NCBI GenBank assembly: GCA_965645245.1
Contig: OZ287072.1
Coordinates: 1,922,001 to 1,986,000, forward strand
DNA length: 64,000 bases
Direction of reading: 5' to 3'
From: Massalongia carnosa
Taxonomy: Eukaryota
The notes below the pieces were generated by a model. That model did no database searches. It was not told where the DNA came from and worked only from the letters and a program-made list of their open reading frames with translations. How positions within the stretch are numbered: position 1 is the stretch's first letter; every line of letters begins with the position of its first letter. This document shows positions 63,856-64,000 of this stretch, piece by piece. The translations under genes and the position numbers were made by a program.

Positions 63856-64000
63856 AAGGGTTTCCCAACAGCAAAGGTTGTTGTTATTATTGATATTTTC
63901 GGAAGGGGGAGCGCGATTACGGTTATTACGAGAAGATTATTTTAATATATTTTTTTTTAAAAAAAGTTATGTTTATCAATTAACTACTATGCATAGAACA

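Overview
Intron-rich filamentous ascomycete (Pezizomycotina-type) nuclear DNA in two parts. The left ~40 kb is accessory and TE-rich. It holds an intact-looking Fot1/pogo transposase, a P-type H+-ATPase, a carboxylesterase, an LRR protein, several relic genes with RIP-like TAG/TAA stops, and a three-level nest: a CENP-B/pogo DNA transposon (25084-35794) containing a Tad1-like LINE, which in turn contains an antisense chimeric insertion. The right ~24 kb is a run of conserved genes, all on +: NOP9, a group II PLP decarboxylase, a Cdc9-family DNA ligase, white collar-1, a Ras-like GTPase, Sds23/Moc1 and RINT-1/Tip20. The most unusual element is the 4.1 kb insert at 29846-33972, bounded by a perfect 16-bp target-site duplication. 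It fuses the 3' half of a second LINE to ~2.1 kb of ORF-less, hairpin-rich sequence. That sequence has three tandem arrays and four copies of a covarying three-way-junction motif (CUGAUGA core on +, T-loop/B-box-like GTTCAAG on -). It is a candidate undescribed structured RNA or ribozyme-like parasite mobilised by LINE reverse transcriptase. All calls are from manual reading; no database search or folding program was run.
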